DNA from: a bacterium
Lineage (GTDB): Bacteria; Fidelibacterota; Marinisomatia; Marinisomatales; JAHJCW01
DNA length: 40,552 bases
Direction of reading: 5' to 3'
NCBI GenBank assembly: GCA_030606865.1
Contig: JAUWFQ010000003.1
Location: forward strand, 1-40,552
The position numbers and the translations under genes are program-made. Within the stretch, counting starts at the first letter, position 1, and each line of letters starts with the position of its first letter. Shown here piece by piece: positions 1 through 10,271 of the stretch. The notes under the pieces are model-generated. The model saw only the letters and a program-made list of their open reading frames with translations, ran no database searches and was not told where the DNA came from.

Positions 1-844
1 GTAGGGCTCCTGCCGCCGCTTGATCAGAACCTGCTGCATATGCATTCGCTCCGCCCAGTGCTTGGGATGCACCGGCAGTTAAAGCGCCTGCCATTGTACT
101 AAAGAATTCCGGTGCAGATACCATGCTACCATTGTATCCTACGGTAGGTACTGTAGGATTAATCATAATATCACTAAGATGTCCTTTATAAGTATTCTTA
201 GCGGTAAAATAGCGTGCACCACCGGCTACTGAAATCATATCATTTATTTTATACGATACAACTGCTTGTCCACCTATATATAATGAAGAACCATCAAAGG
301 CAACATCCACACTATATTTGTCAGTTGGGATTCCTGAGGCTGTTAATCCAGCAGGAATCAACGATGCAGGTACCTCAAAGGAGGGTAAACCATCATCAAA
401 TACTGCACTACCACCACCACCAATCGGAATCAAGCCTGCACCAATTGCTAGATTTCCTTTTTTATATGCAACATAAAAATTGGGAAAAACCGGGACAAAT
501 GTTGTTCCTTCAAATATATCACTATTAAGCATTGGTACATTGCTTGTTATTGTTCTATCCTGAAATATGGTTTGACTGCTTAAATAGAAACTCAGACCGC
601 AATTCAGTTGCGTAAGCGCTGCCGGATTGAAATACACAGCATCAACATCCGTAGATGCATTGCGGTTCATTAAACGGATAAAATCCGCACTTTGGTTTGT
701 ATTGGTTACTATTCCGCCAGCAAAAGCAAAACCAACGAGCAGTAAACCAATTACAAAAATGGCGCCTATTTTTCTCGTTTTCTTTATTCCTCTTTTGTTA
801 ATAATAAATCCTTTAATCCCAATTAATGTTTCTCTTAGAAACAT
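1..844 (-). CDS. OmpP1/FadL/TodX-family outer-membrane long-chain fatty acid transporter, 3' end outside the window
   Basis: My own translation (not in the ORF track, no stop in window): ...RKIGAIFVIGLLLVGFAFA|GGIVTNTNQSADFIRLMNRNASTDVDAVYFNPAAL...GGGGSAVFDDGLPSFE. Signal peptide plus the FadL-type GGxxTNTNQS and NPA hatch motifs. Start is either ATG 844 or ACG 778. Confidence 0.8.
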   Translation of the reverse strand, partial: MFLRETLIGIKGFIINKRGIKKTRKIGAIFVIGLLLVGFAFAGGIVTNTNQSADFIRLMNRNASTDVDAVYFNPAALTQLNCGLSFYLSSQTIFQDRTITSNVPMLNSDIFEGTTFVPVFPNFYVAYKKGNLAIGAGLIPIGGGGSAVFDDGLPSFEVPASLIPAGLTASGIPTDKYSVDVAFDGSSLYIGGQAVVSYKINDMISVAGGARYFTAKNTYKGHLSDIMINPTVPTVGYNGSMVSAPEFFSTMAGALTAGASQALGGANAYAAGSDQAAAGAL

Positions 845-989
845 AAAAGACTAATAAATCTAATTATTTGGATTCTTAATAGCAAAGATTAATTATTTAG
901 CAATTTCATCCATCAAAATATTGTTAATTATCTATTTTGTAGCTTTGAAAGATTACTTTTGTCATTGTAATCTTACTTACTTTATTTGA

Positions 990-2339
<1,350 letters not shown>

Positions 2340-2340
2340 A

Positions 2341-4680
2341 ATGGCATTCACAAAAGAAATCATCGATTTCTCAAACCTAAGTAGGGATGAGATTCGTGAA
2401 CGCCTTAATGAATTAAACATACCACTTACCGTTGATGAAACCTTAAAAATCCAAAATGATATGCTTGGCAGAGCGCCATCGCTTGCGGAGTTGGTATTGT
2501 TTTCAATTGAGGGCTCCGAACATTGTTCTTATAAAAGCAGCCGCAATCATTTGAAGCAGTTTATAACAGATGGTCCAAATGTAATATTAGGCGCAAAAGA
2601 AGATGCCGGTGTCGTTGCAGTGGTAAGCGATAATGAAGGTCATCGCTATTGCGTAGTTATAAGCCACGAATCACATAATCATCCATCGCAAATTGTACCT
2701 TACGAAGGTGCTGCAACCGGCATTGGCGGAAACGTCCGTGATGTATCGTGTATGGGTGCCGAAGTAATTGCTTTAGCGGACGGTTTACGCTTCGGTGATA
2801 TAAAATCGAGTAAAAGTCTTTGGATCCATGAGGGCGTGGTTGATGGGATTGCCGGCTATGGAAACCCGCTTGGCATTCCAAATATTGGCGGCGATCTATA
2901 TTACGATGAGGGATATAACGAAAATTGTTTGGTGACTATCGTGACATTGGGGATTGTTCGCAAGGATGAAATTTTACATTCTTACGCACCAAAAAACGCA
3001 GTCGGACACGACATAATATTAGTTGGTAAACCAACCGACAATAGTGGCTTTGGCGGAGCAAGCTTCGCTTCGCTAGAATTGGAAGAAGAGAAAAAAGAAC
3101 AAAACAAAGGAGCAGTGCAAGAGCCTAACGCATTTTTAGAAAGACATATACTAAAAGCATCATATTCTTTATTTAGATTGCTTAAAGACAAGGGGTTTAT
3201 TGACAAAGTAGGTTTTAAGGATTTGGGTGCCGGTGGCGTTGCTTGTGCAAGCGTTGAGCTCGCCGAAACTTCCGGATACGGTGCTGAGGTTTGGTTAGAT
3301 AAAGTACATAAGAGTATGGACAATCTACATCCTTCGGTAATTCTTTGCTCAGAAACACAAGAACGTTTTATGTGGATATCACCTTCTGATATCACTCCAA
3401 TTATTTTAGATCATTACAACAATAAATATGATTTCCCCGGCGTTTCTAATTTAGCGCAAGCCCGAGTTATCGGGAAAATCCGTGATGACAATCAGTACAT
3501 AGTTCATAATAATGGTGAAGAAATTGTTAATGCTCCCGCCACAGAGGTAACTCGAGGCTTCCTATATAACCGTCCTTTTAAAAAACCGGAAAATAATTTT
3601 TACGAACCGCAGATATCCGAGCCAAAAGATTATAATAAAATATTATTGGAACTATTATCACACGAAAATATCGCATCGCGTGAAGCAATTTTTGAAACTT
3701 ATGACAAGCAGGTACAGGGTCGTACAAAAATTGAAGCTGGTAATGCCGATGCCGGTGTAATTGCACCTTTCAATAGTGATAGATATCCTAAAGAAATTAG
3801 AAATGTGGGAATTGCGCTATCTACAGATCATAACCCACGTTATGGAAAAATCGATCCGTATTGGGCAGCAGTTAATGCTGTTGCAGAATCAATGCGAAAC
3901 GTAGTAGCTGTTGGCGCTGTTCCGGTTGCTATGACAGATTGCCTATGCTTTGGGAATCCGGAGAAACCGGAACAAATGTGGGAATTTGCTGAAGCAGCAC
4001 GTGGTGTTGCGGAAGCTTGCAAAAATATACATTTGAAAGAACATCCTGAATCAGCTACGCCCATTGTTGCCGGAAACGTTAGTTTTTACAACGAAACAAA
4101 AAGTGGTGCGATCCCGGCAAGTCCGATCATTAGTTGTACCGGGAAAATGGACGATGTCAACCTTGCCATTACTTCCGATTTCAAAAAGGTAGATTCAGAG
4201 ATTTATTTGGTCGGCAGTCGCAAAAATGAGTGTGGCGGAAGTGTTTATTATTCTATTTTTAATGAATTAGGAAAAAATTTACCAAAACCATCATTTAAAG
4301 AAATTGAATCACAAATTTTTTCTGTGACTGATATTATCGAAAATAATTTAGCTTTATCTGCTCATGATATCAGTGAAGGCGGTATCGCGGTTGCCCTTGC
4401 TGAAATGTGTTTTATGAACAATATTGGCTGTGATGTAATTATTCATGGTAATCTAAGAACTGATACATTGCTTTTTTCTGAGACTGGAGGATTTATTGTA
4501 GAGGTTCCAAAACAGAACATCAATAAAGTGCAACATATTCTAAATAAATACTCTTGTGAATATTTTAAAATAGGAACAACTATTTCAGACAAGATTATTA
4601 GCATTAATAATGTGATTAAAGTTCCTGTTAAGGATGCCAAACAAGCTTGGGAGAATGGGTTGCGTGAAAAACTGCTATAA
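2341..4680 (+). CDS. purL: FGAM synthase subunit PurL (small type)
   Basis: SEHCSYKSS, ESHNHPS..PYEGAATGIGG, DLGAGG, SETQER, DCLCFGNPE and HDISEGG motifs; 779 aa, no fused glutaminase. Confidence 0.97.
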   Translation: MAFTKEIIDFSNLSRDEIRERLNELNIPLTVDETLKIQNDMLGRAPSLAELVLFSIEGSEHCSYKSSRNHLKQFITDGPNVILGAKEDAGVVAVVSDNEGHRYCVVISHESHNHPSQIVPYEGAATGIGGNVRDVSCMGAEVIALADGLRFGDIKSSKSLWIHEGVVDGIAGYGNPLGIPNIGGDLYYDEGYNENCLVTIVTLGIVRKDEILHSYAPKNAVGHDIILVGKPTDNSGFGGASFASLELEEEKKEQNKGAVQEPNAFLERHILKASYSLFRLLKDKGFIDKVGFKDLGAGGVACASVELAETSGYGAEVWLDKVHKSMDNLHPSVILCSETQERFMWISPSDITPIILDHYNNKYDFPGVSNLAQARVIGKIRDDNQYIVHNNGEEIVNAPATEVTRGFLYNRPFKKPENNFYEPQISEPKDYNKILLELLSHENIASREAIFETYDKQVQGRTKIEAGNADAGVIAPFNSDRYPKEIRNVGIALSTDHNPRYGKIDPYWAAVNAVAESMRNVVAVGAVPVAMTDCLCFGNPEKPEQMWEFAEAARGVAEACKNIHLKEHPESATPIVAGNVSFYNETKSGAIPASPIISCTGKMDDVNLAITSDFKKVDSEIYLVGSRKNECGGSVYYSIFNELGKNLPKPSFKEIESQIFSVTDIIENNLALSAHDISEGGIAVALAEMCFMNNIGCDVIIHGNLRTDTLLFSETGGFIVEVPKQNINKVQHILNKYSCEYFKIGTTISDKIISINNVIKVPVKDAKQAWENGLREKLL

Positions 4681-4701
4681 TCACAGAGGATACAGAGAAA
4701 A
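4678..4701 (+). repeat. 9-nt periodic junction repeat (TAA-TCACAGAGGATACAGAGAAAA) at the purL stop
   Basis: 21/24 identical to 8893-8916; units CACAGAGGA/TACAGAGAA; followed by 7-mers TTCAAGA TTCAAGG ATAAAGA (4715-4735). Confidence 0.7.
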
Positions 4702-4758
4702 GAATAAAAAAAGTTTCAAGATTCAAGGATAAAGACAAAAACTTTACAAATAAAAACT

Positions 4759-5178
4759 ATGAAACAAACACACTTTATTAAGAACCTTCAGGACGTGAAA
4801 GAGGAACAACATTACATTGATAAACCAGTAGAGCTTTACCGTACGCGAAAACGTCTTGGTAAAACAGCCGGTGCGCAAAATATTGGTATTAACTATTGCT
4901 ATCTAAAACCTGGGCAATTATCCTCAAAACATCACTATCATACCAAAGAAGAAGAATTCTTTTTTCTTCTAAGTGGTAATGCACTTTTAAAGTATGGTGA
5001 TGAGGAATATAACTTAAAATCTGGTGATTTTGTTTCTATTCTACCGGGTGGACCATCGCATCAACTTCGAAATGACTCAAATGAAGAATGCATTTATTTA
5101 GCAATTGGAATACGTGATTCAGAAGATTCGGTAATATATTCTTGTGAAGAAATCGTTTGTGAGGAGAATAAAGAATGA
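4759..5178 (+). CDS. cupin-domain protein
   Basis: Cupin metal motifs HHYHTKEEEFFFLLSG and GDFVSILPGGPSHQLRN. Confidence 0.85.
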   Translation: MKQTHFIKNLQDVKEEQHYIDKPVELYRTRKRLGKTAGAQNIGINYCYLKPGQLSSKHHYHTKEEEFFFLLSGNALLKYGDEEYNLKSGDFVSILPGGPSHQLRNDSNEECIYLAIGIRDSEDSVIYSCEEIVCEENKE

Positions 5179-5223
5179 TTGATGAAAGGAAATATTCAAT
5201 AATCAATTTATTAATAAATCTTA

Positions 5224-6273
5224 GTGGGTTCAGTGATAAAAAAAATAGACTATAAATCAGCCGGTGTAGACATTGACGCTGGTAATCAGGCAGTTGATCT
5301 CATTAAAATCTCGGTAAAAAACACCTTTAATAAGAATGTACTCACTGGTCTTGGAAGTTTTGGTTCCCTGTATAATTTGAAAAATATTATCTCTGATTAT
5401 GAAAATCCAATTTTAGTACAAAGCATTGATGGCGTTGGGACAAAAACCATAATAGCTCGCATAATGAAAAAATATGATACTATCGGTATTGATCTTGTAA
5501 GCGCTTGTTGTAACGATATAACTGTCATGGGTGCAAAACCCTTGACTTTTTTAGATTATATTGCCAACGACAAGCTAAATCCACCGGTTATTAAAGAGAT
5601 AGTTGATGGAATGGCAATAGCTTGTCGTGAAAATAATATTGCACTCGTCGGTGGTGAAACAGCCGAAATGCCGGATACATATCTTCCCGGTGAACATGAT
5701 TTAGTTGGAATAATTACCGGAATAGTTGATAAGAAAAATATTATTGATGGTTCAGAAATTCGCAGCGGCGATATTGTTTTAGGATTACCATCAACGGGAT
5801 TACAAACAAATGGTTACTCCTTAGCAAGAAAACTATTTTTTGAAGTTGGACAATACAAAGTCTCTGATATATTACCCGGTCTTGACAAATCAATTGGAGA
5901 AACACTATTAGAATCGGCATATGTTTACAATAATTATATTCAACTGTTATTAAAGGATAAAATCCAAATCAATGGCATGGCACATATTTCCGGTGGTGGT
6001 TTAGTTGAAAACATCCCCAGAATTTTACCATCAAATTGTGCCGTTGAAATTAAAAAAGACAGTTGGCCTGTTTTGCCCGTTTTTAAAGTAATGCAAGAAA
6101 TCGGCAATATTGATGAGAAAGAAATGTTTCGAACCTTTAACATGGGAATCGGCATGGTATTAATCGTACCTGCTGAGCAAAAACAAAAAATATTTTCTAT
6201 GTTGAAGGGAGAGATCGCCGTATATGAAATCGGTAAAATTATTCAGGGAAAACCAAAAGTTTCTTTCGCATAA
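5224..6273 (+). CDS. purM: AIR synthetase (phosphoribosylformylglycinamidine cyclo-ligase)
   Basis: YKSAGVDIDAG, DGVGTK, GGETAEMP, AHISGGGLVEN and TFNMGIG motifs; GTG start (5224 or 5233). Confidence 0.97.
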   Translation: MGSVIKKIDYKSAGVDIDAGNQAVDLIKISVKNTFNKNVLTGLGSFGSLYNLKNIISDYENPILVQSIDGVGTKTIIARIMKKYDTIGIDLVSACCNDITVMGAKPLTFLDYIANDKLNPPVIKEIVDGMAIACRENNIALVGGETAEMPDTYLPGEHDLVGIITGIVDKKNIIDGSEIRSGDIVLGLPSTGLQTNGYSLARKLFFEVGQYKVSDILPGLDKSIGETLLESAYVYNNYIQLLLKDKIQINGMAHISGGGLVENIPRILPSNCAVEIKKDSWPVLPVFKVMQEIGNIDEKEMFRTFNMGIGMVLIVPAEQKQKIFSMLKGEIAVYEIGKIIQGKPKVSFA

Positions 6274-6276
6274 ACG

Positions 6277-7548
6277 ATGAAAAGTTCAGTTAAAATAGCA
6301 GTTATTGTATTTCCAGGTACTAACACCGAGCGAGAAACTTTCATGGCGGTAAGACGCGCCGGTATGGAACCGGTTGAGTTCTTATGGAATAATGATTATA
6401 GTATTTTAGAGAAATGTGACGGATATATAATTGCCGGGGGTTTCTCTTATGAAGATCGTTCCCGAGCAGGTATTATTGCTTCATTAGATCCGGTTATGAA
6501 AGAAATCCGCAAACAGGCAGAAAAGGGGAAACCCGTCTTAGGTATTTGCAATGGAGCTCAGATTTTAGTCGAAGCCGGTATGGTTCCGGGATTAAAGAAC
6601 TATCAACTCGGCATCGCGCTAACAGACAATAAAAGAACTAAAGAAGGACATGTACTGGGCACCGGTTATTATAACAACTGGGCAAATTTATTTCTTTCCG
6701 TTCCAAGCGGCAGAACCGCCTTTACACGACATTTACAACAAGGACAAAATATTTATATTCCATTTGCTCATGCTGAAGGGCGTTTTGTGATGCCGGAAGA
6801 ATTGTTAGAAGAACTAATAGAGAACCAACAAACAGTCTTCCGCTATGGCGATAGCGATGGAAATATCACGCTGGAGTTTCCGACAAATCCTAACGGGTCG
6901 ATATATAATTTAGCAGCGGTATGCAATCCACAAGGAAACGTGATGGCACTAATGCCTCATCCCGAGAGGACATCAAATGGAGATGCAATTTTTACATCAA
7001 TGCGAGAATACATTGTAGAAAACATCAAACTACAGGACAAAGTCCCTACATATTCTGCAGATGAATACATAATTAAACCATACAAATCAGACACGAATTC
7101 AATTGAATGGTTTATTGAATCAATTATTACTGATAACGAAGCTGTCTCTGTTCAGAATGCGTTAGACCATTTACAAATACCGGTTACTGTAAGTAAGCAG
7201 AACTATTGGAAGATTGGTTTGAATTCTGATACTTCATATGAAATTGAAAACAACATTAATAAATCCGGCGAACTTTTCAATTCGAATAAGGAACGCTTAG
7301 TTAAATTTCAGAATCGTCCTAAAACTTCCTGTTTTCTTGTTCGTCCAAAAGAAGATTTATTAGGCCGCCAGAAAAAAGAGATCCTTAACCATCATTTTAA
7401 AATCAAAAACTTACAATATATTCAAAGTGGTGTGCTGTGGAAAATAACTGTTAATGATGATAACTTTGATAAGACAATATCCAAGGCACTAAAAACAAAC
7501 ATATTTTTTAATCCATTTTCCCATGATTGCTATGAAATACAAAAATAA
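6277..7548 (+). CDS. purQ: FGAM synthase glutaminase PurQ with a C-terminal tandem PurS-like extension
   Basis: FPGTN, GGFSYED, GICNGAQ (catalytic Cys), HAEG and MPHPER motifs; about 170 extra C-terminal residues. Confidence 0.93.
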   Translation: MKSSVKIAVIVFPGTNTERETFMAVRRAGMEPVEFLWNNDYSILEKCDGYIIAGGFSYEDRSRAGIIASLDPVMKEIRKQAEKGKPVLGICNGAQILVEAGMVPGLKNYQLGIALTDNKRTKEGHVLGTGYYNNWANLFLSVPSGRTAFTRHLQQGQNIYIPFAHAEGRFVMPEELLEELIENQQTVFRYGDSDGNITLEFPTNPNGSIYNLAAVCNPQGNVMALMPHPERTSNGDAIFTSMREYIVENIKLQDKVPTYSADEYIIKPYKSDTNSIEWFIESIITDNEAVSVQNALDHLQIPVTVSKQNYWKIGLNSDTSYEIENNINKSGELFNSNKERLVKFQNRPKTSCFLVRPKEDLLGRQKKEILNHHFKIKNLQYIQSGVLWKITVNDDNFDKTISKALKTNIFFNPFSHDCYEIQK

Positions 7549-8509
7549 TTACAGAGAACAAATCAGTAAAGAATTAAATAACTGTATCACAGAGACTAAC
7601 TTACCTCTCGGAAAAAAATATCGTGGTAAAGTGCGCGATGTTTATGATATTGGAGACAAATTAATTTTGATCACAACCGATCGCCAGAGTGCGTTTGATC
7701 GCATTTTAGCGGCAATACCTTTTAAGGGGCAAGTGCTCAACCTTACAAGTGCTTGGTGGTTTGAGCAAACCAAGCATATTGTAAAAAATCATGTATTGGA
7801 TTTACCGGATGCAAATGTGATAGTTGCGAAAAAATGTGAAGTGTTCCCGATAGAGTTTGTTGTACGTGGATACATAACCGGTTCAACTTCGACATCTTTG
7901 TGGACTGTATATAAAAACGGTTCTCGTAATTATTGCGGAATTAGTTTACCGGAAGGATTAGTTAAAAATCAACTTTTAAGTATTCCCTTACTTACGCCAA
8001 CAACAAAGGAAAAAGATCACGACAGACCAATTAGTCCGGAAGAAATCATTTCCGAAGAGTGGATGTCCAAAGATGATTGGGAAGCCGCAAGTAAAATCGC
8101 ACTACAATTATTTAAGTTTGGACAGAAAAAGGCTCTTGAAAACGGATTAATTTTAGTCGACACAAAATATGAATTAGGAAAAGATAGCAATGGAAACATT
8201 GTTCTTGTCGATGAAATTCACACGCCAGATTCAAGCCGCTATTGGATTGCCGACACATATGACGACCGCTTTAACAATGGTAAAGAACCACAAAACATTG
8301 ATAAAGAATTCTTACGTTTATGGTTTGTAGATAATTGCGATCCATATAATGATGAAGTATTGCCGTCAGCACCGAAAGAGTTAATTATTGAACTGTCACA
8401 ACGCTATATTTTTCTATACGAAACAATAACGGGAAATAGATTTAAATTTCCTATGAAAAATTTGCCGGCTAATGAACGACTAATTCTAAATTTAAAGGAA
8501 TACTTATGA
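7523..8509 (+). CDS. purC: SAICAR synthetase
   Basis: YRGKVRDVY, DRQSAFD, KGQVLN, EFVVRGY, DTKYELG and DEIHTPDSSRYW motifs; alternative start 7532. Confidence 0.97.
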   Translation: MIAMKYKNNYREQISKELNNCITETNLPLGKKYRGKVRDVYDIGDKLILITTDRQSAFDRILAAIPFKGQVLNLTSAWWFEQTKHIVKNHVLDLPDANVIVAKKCEVFPIEFVVRGYITGSTSTSLWTVYKNGSRNYCGISLPEGLVKNQLLSIPLLTPTTKEKDHDRPISPEEIISEEWMSKDDWEAASKIALQLFKFGQKKALENGLILVDTKYELGKDSNGNIVLVDEIHTPDSSRYWIADTYDDRFNNGKEPQNIDKEFLRLWFVDNCDPYNDEVLPSAPKELIIELSQRYIFLYETITGNRFKFPMKNLPANERLILNLKEYL

Positions 8510-8895
8510 AAGCTGTAATTATAATGGGCTCTGAATCTGACCGGAGTTTTACTGAAAAGATAACTGATGTACTAGAAAAATACAAAATTAATTTTGAGGT
8601 GTGCGTTGCGTCTGCGCACAAACAACCCTTAGAAGTATTAAATATTATTAAGTCTAATTCTGCAGAAAAGGGTGTTGTTTATATCACGATTGCTGGCCGC
8701 TCTAATGCTTTGTCAGGCTTTGTAGCTGCTAATTCTGAAAAACCTGTTATAGCTTGTCCGCCATTTAAAGATAAAACCGATATGCTTGTAAATATTCAGT
8801 CAACACTGCAAATGCCAAGCAACGCTCCCGTATTAACGATTTTAGATCCGGGGAATTGCGCTTTGGCAGTTAAAAGAATTTTAGAGTTGGGATAA
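8506..8895 (+). CDS. purE: AIR carboxylase, class II-like PurE
   Basis: MGSESD, SAHK, YITIAGRSNALSGFV and PVIACPP motifs; ATGA-type overlap with purC. Confidence 0.92.
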   Translation: MKAVIIMGSESDRSFTEKITDVLEKYKINFEVCVASAHKQPLEVLNIIKSNSAEKGVVYITIAGRSNALSGFVAANSEKPVIACPPFKDKTDMLVNIQSTLQMPSNAPVLTILDPGNCALAVKRILELG

Positions 8896-8916
8896 CCACA
8901 GAGGATATAAAGAAAA
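8893..8916 (+). repeat. second copy of the 9-nt junction repeat at the purE stop
   Basis: TAACCACAGAGGATATAAAGAAAA fills the whole purE-purB spacer. Confidence 0.7.
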
Positions 8917-10269
8917 ATGTTAAGTAACATATCACCAATTGACGGACGCTACGAAAAGGATACTCAGGAATTAAAACTGTTCTTTTCTGAAGAAGCGTTA
9001 ATTAAATATCGTATAAAAATTGAAATAGAATATTTAATTGCTCTTTGCAGTGTTGTTCATATTAAAGAACTGAAGCCGTTATCATCCAGAAAAAAAACAG
9101 AACTAAGAAATCTCTATAATAAGTTTTCAACTAAGGATGCAAAGCACGTTAAAAAAATTGAAGAAAAAACTAACCATGATGTAAAAGCAGTTGAGTACTT
9201 CATAAGTGATAAGTTAAAACGTTCAGGGTCAACAAAATTAATTCCATGGATTCACTTTGCATTGACATCAGAGGATATCAACAACCTTTCATATTCCCTT
9301 ATGTGGCAAGATGGATTAATCCACGTTTATCTTCCAACGTTGAGAAAAGTTATATCCAAACTTAAATCTTTAGCAAAAAAATATAACAGTACCGCAATGC
9401 TTGCGATGACTCACGGCCAGCCGGCGACACCAACCACGATAGGCAAGGAATTGGCTGTATTCTGTAATCGCCTACAAAGACAAACAATATATATTCGAGC
9501 ACACAAACTACAAGGTAAACTCGGAGGAGCAACAGGTACCTGGGGGGCTCACCTGGCAGCATATTCCCGTGCTGATTGGTTACATTTTACTCAGCATTTT
9601 ATAAAATCGTTAAGGCTAGAACCTAATTTAATTACAACACAAATTGAACCGCATGATTCTATTGTCGAAAGTTATCAATCAATTATCCGCATTAATTCAA
9701 TCTTGATAGATTTCTGTCAAGATATTTGGCAATATATTAGCCGTGGAATTTTTAAACAAAAACGCATTGCTGAGGAAATAGGTTCAAGCACAATGCCGCA
9801 TAAAATCAATCCTATTAATTTTGAGAATGCAGAAGGTAACCTTGGTATTTCCAATTCGATGCTATCTCATTTTTGTATGAAATTGCCTATTTCAAGATTG
9901 CAGCGTGATTTATCCGATAGTACTGTATTACGCAATCAAGGTATTGCATTGGCTTATTCGCTATTAGCGATTAAAAATATACTTAAAGGGCTAAATCGTT
10001 TGTCAGTTGATAAAACTTCTACCAAAAATGAATTGAATAAACATTGGGAAGTATTAGCAGAGGCAATACAAACCATCCTACGCAAAAATGGTCAAATTGA
10101 TGCTTATGAAAAGTTAAAAGAACTAACTCGTGGTAAGAAAATTTCGCAGGAAACTATTAAGAATTTTATCAATAGCATTAAATTGTCAAAAACAGATAAA
10201 GAATATTTGCTTAGTCTAACACCGGAAACTTATATAGGGTTATCCTCAAAATTGGCAGGACTAATATAA
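8917..10269 (+). CDS. purB: adenylosuccinate lyase
   Basis: SPIDGRY, TNHDVKAVEY, THGQPATPTT and GSSTMPHKINPINFEN motifs. Confidence 0.97.
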   Translation: MLSNISPIDGRYEKDTQELKLFFSEEALIKYRIKIEIEYLIALCSVVHIKELKPLSSRKKTELRNLYNKFSTKDAKHVKKIEEKTNHDVKAVEYFISDKLKRSGSTKLIPWIHFALTSEDINNLSYSLMWQDGLIHVYLPTLRKVISKLKSLAKKYNSTAMLAMTHGQPATPTTIGKELAVFCNRLQRQTIYIRAHKLQGKLGGATGTWGAHLAAYSRADWLHFTQHFIKSLRLEPNLITTQIEPHDSIVESYQSIIRINSILIDFCQDIWQYISRGIFKQKRIAEEIGSSTMPHKINPINFENAEGNLGISNSMLSHFCMKLPISRLQRDLSDSTVLRNQGIALAYSLLAIKNILKGLNRLSVDKTSTKNELNKHWEVLAEAIQTILRKNGQIDAYEKLKELTRGKKISQETIKNFINSIKLSKTDKEYLLSLTPETYIGLSSKLAGLI

Positions 10270-10271
10270 TC

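Noticed and set aside
214-854. Plus-strand ORFs 214-528 and 627-854
   Set aside because: Antisense shadows of the FadL-like gene, with no motifs
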